DNA of 59,434 nucleotides, filler included, from Basidiobolus ranarum (lineage: Eukaryota), in assembly GCA_040143965.1 (NCBI GenBank). It is 3 parts of 3 records of this genome, joined end to end, with 100 filler letters (N's around TTAATTAATTAA, not from the genome) between each part and the next. Parts side by side here need not be neighbours in the genome. Positions count along the whole stretch, not along the records: positions 19,885 to 39,640 come from JASJQH010000243.1; 2 more parts are not named here. One strand, written 5' to 3'. Under the pieces are notes generated by a model. That model was not told the origin of the DNA and did not search any database. It saw nothing but the letters and a program-made list of their open reading frames with translations. Position 1 is the first letter of the stretch; the number at the start of each line of letters is the position of its first letter. The position numbers were made by a program, and so were the translations under genes. Positions 24,357 to 38,272 of the stretch are shown piece after piece.

Positions 24357-27300
24357 AACTCACAGCTAATTTTACAACTGAAGAAGGTACTCCACTATAT
24401 TGCATCATTTTCTTTATTTTGAACATCCAATGTTCATGGGTGAGACAAGTGTGGATTTTACTCTGGAGAAAGCAGTTGCAGCTAAAAAGCGATTAGAATC
24501 AAACACTAAACCTTGCCAGTTCAAAATGGCAGATTTTGCTGTATCGATCATTGATGCATCCACCTTAGATATGTAAGATTGTAAATGAAGTCTATAAAGA
24601 TCCAGATTCATAGATATCCTGATATTCCTCAGTTCTAGTGTAAAAAAACCAACACAGATTGGCATGATAATGGATAAGGTTGACACTAGAAATGTAAGTT
24701 TCAAAGAAGTTAAATAAATTTTCAAAGAATGGCATGATTAATGAAAGATATAGTTGACATTGTAAATACACCATTGAAAATATTGCATTGAATGGTGATA
24801 CAAGACAATTGTAGGCATACACTTCGGGTTATTCTCTAAACCTGGGTTCTCACGATTAAACATTACTAAATGATAGTGCTGATAGAATAACTGGTCCTGT
24901 TTCAGCCTACTAACGGCTTTAATATAGTGGTCTCATCGTGTCCGAATTATACTTCATCAAGTCTTCTCTCTAAGGTTCACCATAGTCTCTAGTTCCTGGC
25001 TTTTTACAAATGATTCCCAAATTATCACTTTCTCTTTGATGTGAATTTGATAAATTTAACTTACGTTCCACAGCGCCATAGCTCATGCCTTGAGAATTGT
25101 AATGATATTCATTTTTCAAAAGTGTTGATCGTTTGGGAGGGATTGAATCTTTAGAGTACTAGCAATCTTAAATCAAGAAGTACCAAGTGAGTATATGTCA
25201 GATATAGAGAGTTACTTTTTTAGATGGTGCTGGTCTGGAAGTTTGAAATCTTGCCAATGAGGACTATATATAAGAAACTCTGCCTATCATTGTCAGTCGG
25301 ACTTATCCCAGTGTTTGATGAAAGATTAGATGGAAAAATCAATCAAGAGAGAGGAGTAATAAAGTGGTGTTGGGTATACTGATGTGTATGCTAGTAGTGT
25401 CAGCGATACAAAAGATACTAATAGGCCAATAGTTGGGAGGGAAATATGGCAAGCAGACAGTGCGGAAAGCATCACTCCAACCCATATCAAGTATTCCAAA
25501 TTGAATCGAGTTCTGAGTCGCCGCTTTGATAAACTAACACAATTAGCAAGATTGCAAATCTCCCTACCAATTCCACCTATGGTGCCAATTTACTTGCACC
25601 GAACTATAAGCCTAGACCACTGATAAGAAGATAAACAATATGTTGGTCTTAAGTACTAGCACAGGTGAAGATCGAGAGTAAGACTTAGTGATTTCTGAAA
25701 TGATATGCTATACCAATATAGAGAAGGATAGATAACTGTGTTTAGCGATGTAATTTACAAATAGGGATGTTACGCAAACATCAAACATGGATGGGGAAAA
25801 ACTACTGGGAACGATAGCTGAAGACTGATGAAAGGATAGTACGTTGATAAGTTGTGGTAATCAATGATAAATCTGAAGGTATTCAATTAACCGAGATCAC
25901 TCTTCTGATAATTTGGTGACATGGCAATCTATAGGTCGGCTACCCTGGTAATCAAGACCAAAATAATATCATGCAAAGGACTATTGCAAATTCCATGTAT
26001 TAATCAACTACACTGTTGCTCCACTAAAAATTACACTTCTATCCCAATTTACAGTTAACCTTACCTATCATGATTGTAGTGTGGAGTTGGAATATACAGT
26101 CATCATATTTTTGTAGTCCAATATTGAGAAATGTGGTATCTTACGACATTAGAAATAGGAAAATGTAATCATTCTGCTGTTTTGAACATCAGAGATGATG
26201 AAAGATATGATATAAGTCGAAGTAAATCTAAATCTCTCTCAGAAAACCTTGGCACTTAAAGAATCTTTTCACACTCCATATGTAACATTCTGACTTAATT
26301 CAAGATATTGCGCAAAACAATTATTCCCGTATTTCCCGATTATTTGCTCCAAGGACAAAAAAGAGAAATTCAGTAGTGGTAAAGTTTTATGGTCCATGTT
26401 CTAATTTGACTTTATTATAGCACTGAACAGGCTTAACATACTACACCATACCAAATAGATATGGAACTTGCAATATCAAATGAAATATTGCAGCTGGAGT
26501 AGCCCTACAGTGTTTAGTGTATGTACACGGATCAGATTGATTCCCAAATAAAAATCGATCAATTCATCCGTTCACGATTGGTCATCCTTAAGTGGTGTTT
26601 TCCGAGCATTGCCAATACGATGAAAATCGAGACGAGTGCAAAAGTTGGGTTACCATTCAATATAGTGTCAACCAATACTTCTTTACTTGAGCTTCAACAG
26701 ATCGTAAACCACGTGAGCGCAACAGGTTCTTTTCTTCATTCTAGAGCATACAAAGAACCAAACTAGGATGCGCATTATTTGCTTTATTTTCGCTCAGTTC
26801 GCCTTTAGTTGGACCGGAAGTAACTATAATCTTTGGATTAAATGGCCTATAGCATGATTTTAAGCGGTAATAAATGAGAGCTAATCTAGCCATTCAAAAG
26901 TAACGCCTTAACTCAATATACAGGCGCCTCTGGTCATATCAAGTCCTAAAGTATCTATTATTTTCGCACAAGCTCTTCGGATCATGCATAGCCATATCCC
27001 ATAGTTTATTGATTGCTATTGAGTGATGTGTTATGCACATTTATAAATTAAATAATCTAATAACGATTTTGTAAATTATTCCATTATTCACAGCAGATAA
27101 AAGTGGACATAGTGAAGCACATTCGTTCTATCATTACCACCAAATGACTGTGATTTGTAACGGCACATTGACCATGACAGATGGTGTTTCGAGGCAACCC
27201 TTCCGGCTCTCTGTATTCTATTTGGATTTCTTATTTAGGGATCTATATAGTGACAAACTGATATCGTCAATTTTGAATTTTCCTCCCACTGACCGAAAAA

Positions 27301-28989
27301 AGTATTACTCTAAAAAGCCATCACATGTCTTGGAGAGTATCGTACATTGGGATTCATGCTTCAACCAGATATGTACCCGGATAAGATAACGACACGTATT
27401 CCCTATTTAACAATCTTCAGTAGTGAAAACGTGAGCTAAGTTTCAGTAATGAGTAAATTCTGGGAACTAGGAGATAGTTATTGATTCGGTAATCATTTTA
27501 TGAATTATAAGTTGCTTCATTTCAAATTCAGTCTAGATAGCAAATAGATAGTGTGTGCTACCAAAGATGGTTAAATTGTTGTACTCTGTTCACCAAATAG
27601 ATTTGGTTGTTTCACTTTCGTGTTTCAAATACTAGTGAGAATAACAATTGGGTGCCGACCAGCTGGTTTGTGTTCAAACAACTCCCTAAATGCTACACTA
27701 AATGCTGTTGCATGAAGGGCTTTGTAAAATCTGCGAATGCGTATCAATCACATTTGTTTTTTTTATCTGGTTACATCGGGTAAATTCCAAAATCCAAATA
27801 TCCCTCCTAGAATGAAATCCCTGCTGTCATTCACATAATTGCATCCCTTGTACTAGGGTAAAATCAAGCCATCACACGATTTACAGAAGGTGTTGTTGAG
27901 CAAGTATGGTGGCTCTAAATGGAGCCACATGATTGAGCATAAGTGAGGTTCAGCATCGTAAGTGGAGCTACTTAATATGGGTTGTAACACTTCATTTTTC
28001 TTTCCGTTAAGTTCCTTTCCCAGAAAGCGGAACGTAAGGTGGTCAGTGTCTCTTTACATAGCATAAAATACAATACGTTGATCCGTAACTATATTTGGGA
28101 TATCTACAAAATATATTTATTTTAGAAAGATATCAAGGCACGTAATTATAAATTTAATTCTTGAGACTCTTAGAACATTCTTAAGTTGAGTTGAAAATGT
28201 GGACTGTTAAAATTTAGCCATAATGAAAAAATCCATACACCAGTATTAGAGTTTGGACAGATATCGCTTAAAGCCATTCTTAACACGGCATTCACTGTTA
28301 CTGACAGTCAGGTGCTTAGATATACTAAAATCGGTCTTTACACTTGGATTCAAACTATTATAAATACCGACATTAATGGATTTTTTAAACTTACAATTTT
28401 AAATGCCATGCGTCTAGTGACCAATATTTTATTAGACATTAAGGCTAGTGCATTAATTAATGCATTTCCACAGCAGCACTCCGAGTCAAAAGAAGCAATA
28501 GAATCCGCTAAACATGATGATGCAAACATAAGTACCCAAGTGGAGTACTTCACTGACGTCTGGAGTTGTCTGGATTCAAACCAATCTCCAAAATATGCCG
28601 ATTGTGAGAACGGGAAGATCACCTCCGTTGAGTGTTTGGCTGTTACCGTCTGTAGAGAATCGGAAAGAAGAATCGTTTGCGTATCCCCGGAGGGTACTGA
28701 GACATCGATGTCTAACATCACTAAAAGAGATGTTAGTCCCGAGATTAATACCGTTGAACCATACGAGGATGATGACTATGTGAAAGGAGAAAGGGTATAT
28801 ACACATTACGGCAACAAAGTCACCGAAAGGATTACGAGAGAACAGAAATATACGGAAAAATTTACAGGAACGCTAACTCAAAGATCCATGGCTACCCATG
28901 TTGTTTTAGAGACCATCGTTCATAAAGAAACTCACGAAGGTATAGTAGTCGAAAGGACGGAAGTAGTTCGCAGAATTCTAGAGCCTATC

Positions 28990-29770
28990 GAACCACATAG
29001 GTCAATTGAAACTCCCAAGCCTACTCGTAAACGAGTAGAGCCTCACAAGCCAATCAAACCTCATCAGCCTACAGAGCCACGTTGCAGGCCTTCGGAATCT
29101 CATACGCCCGTCGAGTCCCACAAGCCAGTTGACTCTCATAAGCCTACAGAGCCGCATAAGCCAGTTGAGACTCTTAAGCCTACTGAATCCCATAATTCCG
29201 TAGAGTCCCAAAAGCCAACTGAGCCCCATAAACCAGTTGACTCTCATAAGCCTACAGAACCTCACAAGTCAATTGAAATTCCCAAGACTACTCATAAACC
29301 AGTAGAGCCTCACAAGCCTATCGAATCTCATAGTCCTACAGAGCCACATAAACCTCAAGAATCTCACAAATACACTCAGACTACTAAACCAGTCCAGCCA
29401 CACAAGTCTAATGAACCACATAAGCCTGCTGAGTCCCATAAGCCGGCGGAATCCCACGGGCCTACCGAGTCCCACCAGCCAGTTGACTCTCATAAGCCTA
29501 CCGAACCTCACAAGTCGATTGAAACTCCCAAGTATACTCATAAACCAGTAGAGCCTCAAAAGCCAATCGAATCTCATAAGTCGGTTGAGTCTCACAAACT
29601 TACAGAACCACATAAATCCGTAGATTCCCACATGCCAACAGAACCTCACAAGTCTACTGAAACTCTCAAGCCTATAGAGTCGCACAAATCCGTAGAATCG
29701 CGCACATCAGCAGAGTTCACTAAAGCAAGAGAATCCAATCAATCTTCTGAGAATTTACATAAACCTAACC
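28990..29770 (+). repeat. Coding 18-bp minisatellite encoding HKP(T/V/I)E(P/S)-type hexapeptides
   Basis: Dozens of degenerate CA(C/T)AAGCC.... units. The translation reads HKPVDSHKPTEPHKPVE... Confidence 0.9.
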
Positions 29771-29808
29771 AGTCAACAGAATCACGAAAAGCCAGTAAAA
29801 CGCCAGAT

Positions 29809-30050
29809 TCTGGTAAGACAGGTGGTTCATCGGGCTCTGACCACGACTCTGGTAAATCGAGGGGTTCATCAGGCTCTGGTCATGACTCTGGAAAATCGAG
29901 TGGTTCATCAAGCTCTGGTCATGGCTCTGGTAAATCTAGCGGTTCTTCAGGCTCTGGTCATGATTCTGGTAAGTCAAGTGGTTCATCAAGCTCTGGTCAT
30001 GACTCTGGAAAATCTAGCGGCTCTCCAGGCTCGGTTCATAATTCTGGAGA
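29809..30050 (+). repeat. Coding 39-bp repeat, six copies of an SGKSSGSSGSGHD-like unit
   Basis: Direct translation: SGKTGGSSGSDHD / SGKSRGSSGSGHD / SGKSSGSSSSGHG / SGKSSGSSGSGHD / SGKSSGSSSSGHD / SGKSSGSPGSVHN. Confidence 0.9.
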
Positions 30051-30799
30051 ATCCAGCACCTCCTCAGGAGCCCAAGAGACTTACAGCAATTCTGATCATA
30101 TCTCAAGCTCTGTCACGGGAAGGACTTCCCAAACCCCAACTACTGATACACCGAAGATTAAATCCAAAGCCGAATCAGGTGAAAAAATCGATTCATCGAC
30201 CGTACCTGACACTACTATGACTGCCTTACACAGTGATACTAAATTGGCTCACTCCACTAATGTATCTAGTTCCAGTGAATCGCATGAAGTAATCAAATCA
30301 TCGGATTTGCGCAAATTTACTGTAACTAGTACGTCCAAGGGGGAAAAACCTACTCATTCTTACAATACTTCTGGTACAGTGCCATCATCGAGAGGAAACA
30401 GTTCTCTTAATGTGCACAAATCTACTGCAACTTCCAGAGAGACTGTTGCTAAGTCTGTGAAATCCAGTAGTATTTCTAGCTCGAGTGACTCTTATGTTCA
30501 AACTGACTTCACCCATGTGAAGAAATCTGCTGAAACAGACAAACCCGAGGGGACTGAAACGATACACCCAGGCAATACCTCTAATGCTGCCGCTTCACAT
30601 GAAGATACCAACTCACAGAAAGTACAAAAATCTTCAGTGATTGCCCACCACAGTGACAGTATATCTGTACAGACCAGTAGTGAATTCAGCTCCACAGACT
30701 CAAATATAGAAACTAGTCCAACTCAAGGGCACGGACCTTCAGAAACTAAAAAAACTACAGAAACAGCATCTACTCACTCTAAAACCTCCAGTGAAGCCT

Positions 30800-33700
30800 G
30801 AACCTGAGCATACACATGTTGAGTCGACTCAATGGCACAGCTCTGCAGAAGTTGAGAAATCAATGGCAACCCCATCTGTGCATTCTGACGGATCCATTAG
30901 AACTGATAGACACAATAGTTCCTCGAAATCACATGAGATAATTCAGTCGCAAAAGATTCACAAGACTACCGTAACTGCTAGACATAATGAAACTAAGCCT
31001 AATCATTCTGATACTAAAGCTCATAAGGAAACTGAATCTATGCAAGAACACAGATCTTTGAAAACTGGAAAGAATGTTCGTACACCATCTACTCACACAG
31101 GCAAATCCATCGAAACTGAGTCTGTACATTCAATTATTGCTTCTAGCTTCTCGCAATCGCATAAAGCAACTGAATCACAGAGACTACGCAATAGAACTAA
31201 GCCTGATCATTCTGTCAAAATCACTAGCTCCACCAAATATCACGTGGAAACTGATTCTACGCCAGAGCACAAGTCTGCCGAAACTGAGAAGACACAAGTG
31301 ACCCTATCATCTAAACCTCTGCACTCAGATATAACTTCTAGGTCTTCGAAATCACACGAAACTACTGATTCTCAAAAGGTGCACGAAACTACTGTAACTG
31401 TTAGACACAATGATACTAAATCCACTCCTTCAGACCGCACCGATAACTCCTCTCAATCCCATTTGAAAACTGGGTCCACGCAAGTGCAGGGTTTTTTAGA
31501 AGCTGGGAAGACCATGGCTACTCCATCTTCTCATTCTGACGACTCCGTTAAAGCTGGTAGACACAATGATACCAAGTCTACTCCTTCTTACCGTACCAGT
31601 AGCCCCTCTCAAGCTCATATGGGAACTGAGTCCACACATGTACACAGCTCTTCAGAAACTGAGAAGACCATGGCTACTCCATATTCTCATTCCGTCCAAT
31701 CTATTGAAACTGGTAGACATAACGATACCAAGCCTGCACATTCAGGAAGTCGCCCCAGTTCCTCGCACTCACATGAAACAACTGGGTCACAAAAAGTGCA
31801 TAAAACTACTGTAACCGTCAGACACAATGGAACTAAACCGGCACATTCCGACGTCGTTGATAGTTCCGCTAAATCTCACGGGGAAATTGTTTCCACACCA
31901 GTGCACAGATCTTCAGAAACTCATAACACAACGAGCGCAACATCTATTAATTCCGATACATTTACTGAAACTAATAGACCCAAAGGAACTAAACTCTCAC
32001 ACTCAGAAGTTGCCTCTGGCACCTCGGAAGCACATGCAAGAACTGAGTCACAAAAAGTGCTCAGAACTACTGTGATTGTTAGACTCAATAGCACCAAATC
32101 TACACTTTCTGAACATTTTACACAAGGGGATCAAATTTCAGCAACTGAGAATTCCATGGCCACCTCATCTTCTTACTACCGCAAATCTGCCGAAACTGAT
32201 GAACATAATGGTACCAAGCTTGCACATTCGGATATTGCCTCTGGTTTCTCGCAATCACATAAAACAACTGAGTCACCAAAAGTACACCAGACTACTGTAA
32301 CTGTTAGGCCTAATGATGCTAAGTCCACTTCTTCTGACCATACAGATAATTCCTCACAAGCCCATACCGAAACTGGGTCCACACATGTACACAGCTCTTC
32401 AGAAACTGGAAAGACTATGGCTACTCTATCTTCTCATTCCGAACAATCTATCGAAACTGGTAGACACAACGGTAATAAGCCTGCATATTCTGGAGGTGAT
32501 TCTGGTTCCTCAAAAGCACATGAGACAACTGAGTCCCAAAAAGTACACAAAACCACTGTAACTGTTCGACACAGCGGTACTAAGTCTACTCCTTCTGACC
32601 ATACAGGTAGCTCCACTCATGTTCATGTGGAAACTTGGTCCACACAGCTGCACAGCTCCTCAGAAAATGAGAAGACCATGGTTACCCCATCTTCCCATTC
32701 TGATCGCTCCATTAAAACAAGTACACACAACGGTAGTAAGTCTGTACATTTAGGAAGTAGCTTCAGTTCCTCACAATCATATGAAGCAACTGAGTCACAA
32801 AAAGTGCATAAAACTACTGTAACTGTTACACACAATGGAACTAAGTCTACTCCATCTGACAATACACATAGCTCCACTCAGGCCCATACCGAAACTGGGT
32901 TTACACAATTACATTGCTCTTCAGAAACTGAGAAGACCATAGCTACTCCATCGTCTCACTCTGACCAATCCATTGAAACTGGTATACACAACGGTACTAA
33001 GTCTGCACATTTTGGAGGTGATTCTGGTTCCTCGAAAGCACATGAGACAACTGAGTCGCAAAATGTCCATAAAACTACTGTAACTGTTAGACACAATGGT
33101 ACTAAGTCTACTCCTGATCATACTGAGAGCTCTACTCAAGCTCATATGGAAACTGAATCCACGAAAGTACAGAGTTCCCCCAGAAACCGAGAAGACCATG
33201 GCTACTCCATATTCTCATTCCGACAAATCCATTGAAACTGGTAGACAAAACAGTGTGAAGCCTGCACATTTTGTAGGAGCCTCTAGTTCCTCGAAAACAC
33301 ATGAGATCACTGAATCTCAGAACGTACACAAAACTACTGCGATTGTTACACCTAGCGGTACCAAACCCGCTCATCCCGGCAATGATGTCAGCTCTACTCA
33401 TGCTCATGCGGAGTCCTGGACCACTCAAGCATACCAATCTTCAGAGATTGAGAAATCAATAGCTGTTCCATCTTCACATTCCGATCAATCCTCTGAAAAG
33501 GATAGATACCACAGTACTAAATCTGCACACTCAGAAAGTGACTCCAGTTCTTCACAATCATATGAGGCAACTGGGTCCCAAAAAGTGCTCAAAACTACTG
33601 TGGCTGTTCAACACAACGGTACTAAGTCTACTTCTTCAGACCATACTGATAACTCCTCCCAAGTGCAGAGTTCCTCAGAAACTGAGAAGACTATGGCCAC

Positions 33701-34300
33701 TCCATCTTCTCATTCTTACCATTCCATTGAAACTGTTAAATACAATGGTACGAAGTCTACTCCCTCTGATCATACCGGTAGCTCCTCTCAAGTGGATATG
33801 GAAACTGAGTCCACATATGTACACAGCTCTTCAGAAACTGAGAAGACTATGGCTACTTCATCATCTCATTCCGAACAATCCATGGAAACTGGTAGACATA
33901 ACGGTACTAAGTCTGCACATTCTGGAGGTAATTATGGTTCCTCAAAAGCACATGAGACAACTGTAACTGTTGGACACTATAGAATTAAGTCAGCTCATTC
34001 TGTCAACAACACTAACTCCACTCAGTATCACGTCAAAACTGATTCTACGCCAGTGCAGAAGTCTTCAGAAACTGAGAAGACCGTAGGGATCCCATCCTCT
34101 CACTCTGACAAATCTACTGAAACTAGTGGACACCATGATGCTAGACCACTGCACTCAGATGTAACTTTTAGGCCTTTGGAATCACACAAAACTACTGAGT
34201 CTCAAAAGGTTTACGAAGCTACTGTAACTGTTAGACACAATGAGACTAAGTCTACTCATTCTGGTGATGCCACTAGCTCAGGTCAAGGTCGTGTGGAGGT
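30800..34300 (+). repeat. Coding long repeat, about 261 bp (87 aa) per unit
   Basis: The ETTESQKVHKTTVTVRH anchor recurs at 32521, 32782 and 33043 (261-bp spacing), with more degenerate units on both sides. Confidence 0.85.
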
Positions 34301-37300
34301 CAGGTCGACGCAAGCGCCCAAATTTTCAGAAATCGAGAAAGTAATAAGTACTCCATCAGCACGTGTAACTCCAGGAATTAAGAAAGCCATGACCGCACTA
34401 ACTACTAGTGAAGCGAAAAATCAAGGAACCACTGTCATTATTAGACCTAAAGTACATACTGTTGAGAATAATGGGTCAAAAATAAGCGAGACTAGTGAAA
34501 CTGTGAAAGCAAGAGTACCTTCGGTCAGTCATTTCGATGATACTTTCAGTTCCACAAGATCTTATGTGGAAACTAAAGCAACCTAAGTATCCAAGTCTTC
34601 TGTTACAGATAGACCTGTTCACTCAGAAAAAATATCCAATTCTCTAAGTTTCCATAAGGAAACTACTAATTCTTCACACGAGACTACTGAGTCTAAGAAC
34701 GTATTCAAAAATACTATAACTGTAACTGCTCAGCATAGTGAAACTGAGTCTGCGAAATCTGACAGAAATTCTAGCTCTTCAAGAATTCATGTAGAAGTCG
34801 GATCGACACAGACGCATACATCCACGGAAACTGAAAGAGCCATTAGTATAACATCTGCTGACGCAGATATTTCTGGCTCCGCTGGATCTCATGAAGCTTC
34901 TAAGTTATCCGAAGCTACTATTACTACCCAACATAACGCTCTCATACACACCATTACTACAGTTCAGTATGTTTCTCAGACCGTCTCTGTTACTCTAGCA
35001 CCTAAGAAGCCTACAACCGTAACTGTTTACGTATCAGGAGAAGGTTCTGACGTCAAGCCTACTTTTAAGACGATTTTGAATGATAGAGAATCCGATATTT
35101 CTACCGTATCCTCTCAGACATCTTATTACCATGAAACATATAAGTCGACCAAAACTCATATGATTTTAGAAACTGTTAAGCCCACTGAATTACCTATAAC
35201 TGTTACTGTGTATGAGACTGGAGAATCCGATGAATCAATTGCGTCTAAGGCGACAATCGAAAAATACGAAACAATTGTGGTGGATAGAGATTCCTATGTA
35301 TCGGTCATGGCTGGAGCCCCTCAGACATCCGTTCGGGAACAAATATATACTATTAGTTCAGTAGATGACATTTCGAAAACGGTCATTTGTACTGAATCTC
35401 TTATGACGCCTACAACTGTAACCATATATCAATCAGGCGAGGTTGTACAAGCAACTGAGACTCAAGTTCCTAGTATTGAAAACTACGAAACAGTTACTGT
35501 ATACGAGACTGATGAAGTTGTTTACAGTGATAAACCAACTATGATTTTTGAGACTAGTATTGTGGAGACTGCTCGACCCACCATGCTCCCCGAAATTGTT
35601 ACAATAACCCAAGTAATACCATTTGAGGAATCAGTAACATATGTTCCTACAGCCTCTGGTATTTACTACACTGTTGAGACAGCAGTAACTGAGATACAAG
35701 GTGTAACATCAAGTATCGTAGTTCCTGAGGCGCAAATGAGTACTATTACTGTTGCAGTATCACCTACTACTGTTGCTTGTGTTCCTAGCACTGTTATTTT
35801 ACCTATTACTGTTACTGCTGCCCCCATTACCGTTACAGTCACCCCTGTAACGGTTACGATTACCCCTGCGACGGTCACTGTCACAAGTAAACCCAGAGTC
35901 GTTACTATTACCTCTGCTGTTTCATGTACTTCGGAATATGAGCATCCTAAGCCTACTGATGCAGAGTCGGTAGATAAGACTGTATATAGTTCATTTGCGA
36001 ATAATGCGATAAATGGCCTAAGCCATTTAGAGTAAGCGCTGTTTTACGGAAATTAAGTTGAGTCGGATAGGGTTTAGCCACGTAGTAGCACCACTTATCC
36101 ACGAATCAGGCAATGACTGAAAATATCAACTGGGGTTGCCATAAATGGTTAGTCTCATCGCACTTGAATATAGTTTAAATTTAGTAAGCTCAGAATAGGT
36201 GTGCCATCTTTTCTGGTCTGACTACTTACAGAAAATCCCAAACCATATGATCAGAATAATCTGCAACTCCATTTCTGGACTGGGCTACATAAATAGAAGA
36301 GGTATGGACTAAATAAACAATGGCATATCTGCTTTTTACCGTGTCTCTGGGCCCTTACCTGGATTTTACCCTTGACTTGACAATCTTCCTTATTTGGAAG
36401 ACCAGCTGATCGTGAGAAACCACATCGGATGCATTAGAATTGGGGTGTTTATCGGTTTGGAATGACCTTGAGCAAGAGTCATAAATGTGGAGAATGATTG
36501 AATGGTCCGAATTTTCTTTTTATGGGCCTCAAATAAACATGTTTAACAATAACCATGGACAATCACTCGTAGCATGAGAGGAAAGTAGCATATCGTGCGA
36601 TCTACATGAACGCGTTTCGATTGGAGCGAGAATATACAAGAAACCACACCTTAGTCATTCTCCGCCAAACAAGTAATGCTGGGGATTCAGGAAGCGAATC
36701 AACTAATCTTGGATAACGTTGGTTAATGAGCGCATTTACTTGGCTAACTTCTCTATGCGAAGTAAGGGCCATGCAAAGAGAAGAACGCTGCTTCGGGTGC
36801 GATCCAGACCTACATGTAATCCGTAGATTCTTCATAGAGCTGATGGAAATCCGCCTTAGGCTGTTTTCTCGACGAATGAGCCAACATTTCACTATGATTT
36901 GATCGTAACTTTTCATCCTCTTAATAACAGTTCTGTCAACTATTCATGTCACACTGCTATTTTACTGAATCACTACTGAGGAATTTGTTTTCTAACAAGC
37001 CGATTGATCAAATTTAGCACTGATAAGGTGTAGGAGGCTAAGTCTAATATTACTGCTTAAAATCTATGTTTCAACCTAAACATAGCTTCAAATTAGAATT
37101 CTTCTTGTATCCATCAAAATCCTTAATGGATTTTTTTTCAAGTATGAGCCGTTATACTGTTGATCTTGGAGCTTCTGCATGAAGTACTGGAGTCATTAGT
37201 CAATGTCTTAGTTGAATGAAATTTCTTGTTATCAAATCAGTTCGATCCATTTGCTGAATACTCCAAAAAATGAAATTTTAAACATATCACGCATTCTCAA

Positions 37301-38272
37301 TTTTGCGGCTATGGAATTCAAAGTAACTACGTGGGTATAAGTTAATTTCTGCTTGCCAAAATGGGTACATTTCGTAAGGCATATTGTTTCGCAGTATTGA
37401 TAAGCGCATAAATGAATATGGTCTGTACTGCACTAGTGCTCAATATTCGAACAAGAATCATGCCCTGGGTATACAGAGCACAGTCTAGCCTGGAAACTAG
37501 TGTTACCTAATTCACATATAACTAAAGATTTCAATCCAGGAATAATCCTACGCTCAAGTACAACACGCACAAATGTAGCATTGGTTTCTGAGCTAACATA
37601 TATTGGCTACATGGTGGCTATCACTTTTTAAATGATTGGGCTAAAATATGCATACCTTGATCTAGGATCGGAGGCGATATAGCATCGTTTTTGGTTTATC
37701 TTTTAAACTCTCGTTATAATTATACCGTCACCAATCTAACACAACATACAAGAAATGTTTTTGTTCAGCCTTGATTATTAATGGAACTGCTGTGAAGGTA
37801 GTTGTTTTAGTTATGAGACTAATCTCTAGTTAGATCATGGAGTCAATACAAGGGTGGCGTTCCTAGAATATCTAGTCCACCACATCTTAAGTAATCGTTA
37901 CGGGCTGACGGAGAGGTAGTGGAAGTGATTTCCGTTAATTTGGGAATAAATATCAGATATACTACGATGGGAGGCGAAACTAGGCTTAATTTAGCAATAA
38001 AGCATTTTGTAACTGATTGCCATCATATCCATATTTAGACTTTTTGGAACAATCCTATGTTTGATTGGATATTGACTCCGAAAACTTAGCCACTATTGAC
38101 GAATTCACAAGTGATAATCTGTATCTGTATGTTTATCTTTTTGAATTTCCAATATGGAATGCGTTACTGTTAGCAGTTAGAGAAGAATATCATACATATG
38201 TGGGTAAACACTAGGGTGCATAATCATATAAGTACTGGCTATTCATCAGTGTCAAACACAACTAACTCAACA

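Larger units (their letters stand above)
28408..36035 (+). pseudogene. Disrupted gene for a giant (about 2,500 aa) secreted His/Ser/Thr-rich repeat glycoprotein with an N-terminal Cys module
   Basis: Four consecutive ORFs share the same composition and repeat style. They are broken by a +1 frameshift near 30795, a +1 C insertion near 33180 and an in-frame TAA at 34584-34586, after which the frame stays open into ORF 35076-36035. Confidence 0.8.

Noticed and set aside
28990-30050. CRISPR-like or non-coding satellite array
   Set aside because: Unit lengths are multiples of 3, variation is synonymous-style, there are no unique spacers and the context is eukaryotic. These are coding repeats.
34584-34586. 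Programmed readthrough or selenocysteine at the in-frame stop
   Set aside because: The codon is TAA, not TGA, and matches CAA in sister repeats. A C>T nonsense change is simpler.
36602-36916. 104-aa minus-strand ORF and other short intergenic ORFs (5359, 12237, 23717, 25384, 26521, 27144, 45360, 47533, 54999)
   Set aside because: No motifs, paralogy or convincing splice structure. They are consistent with random ORFs.
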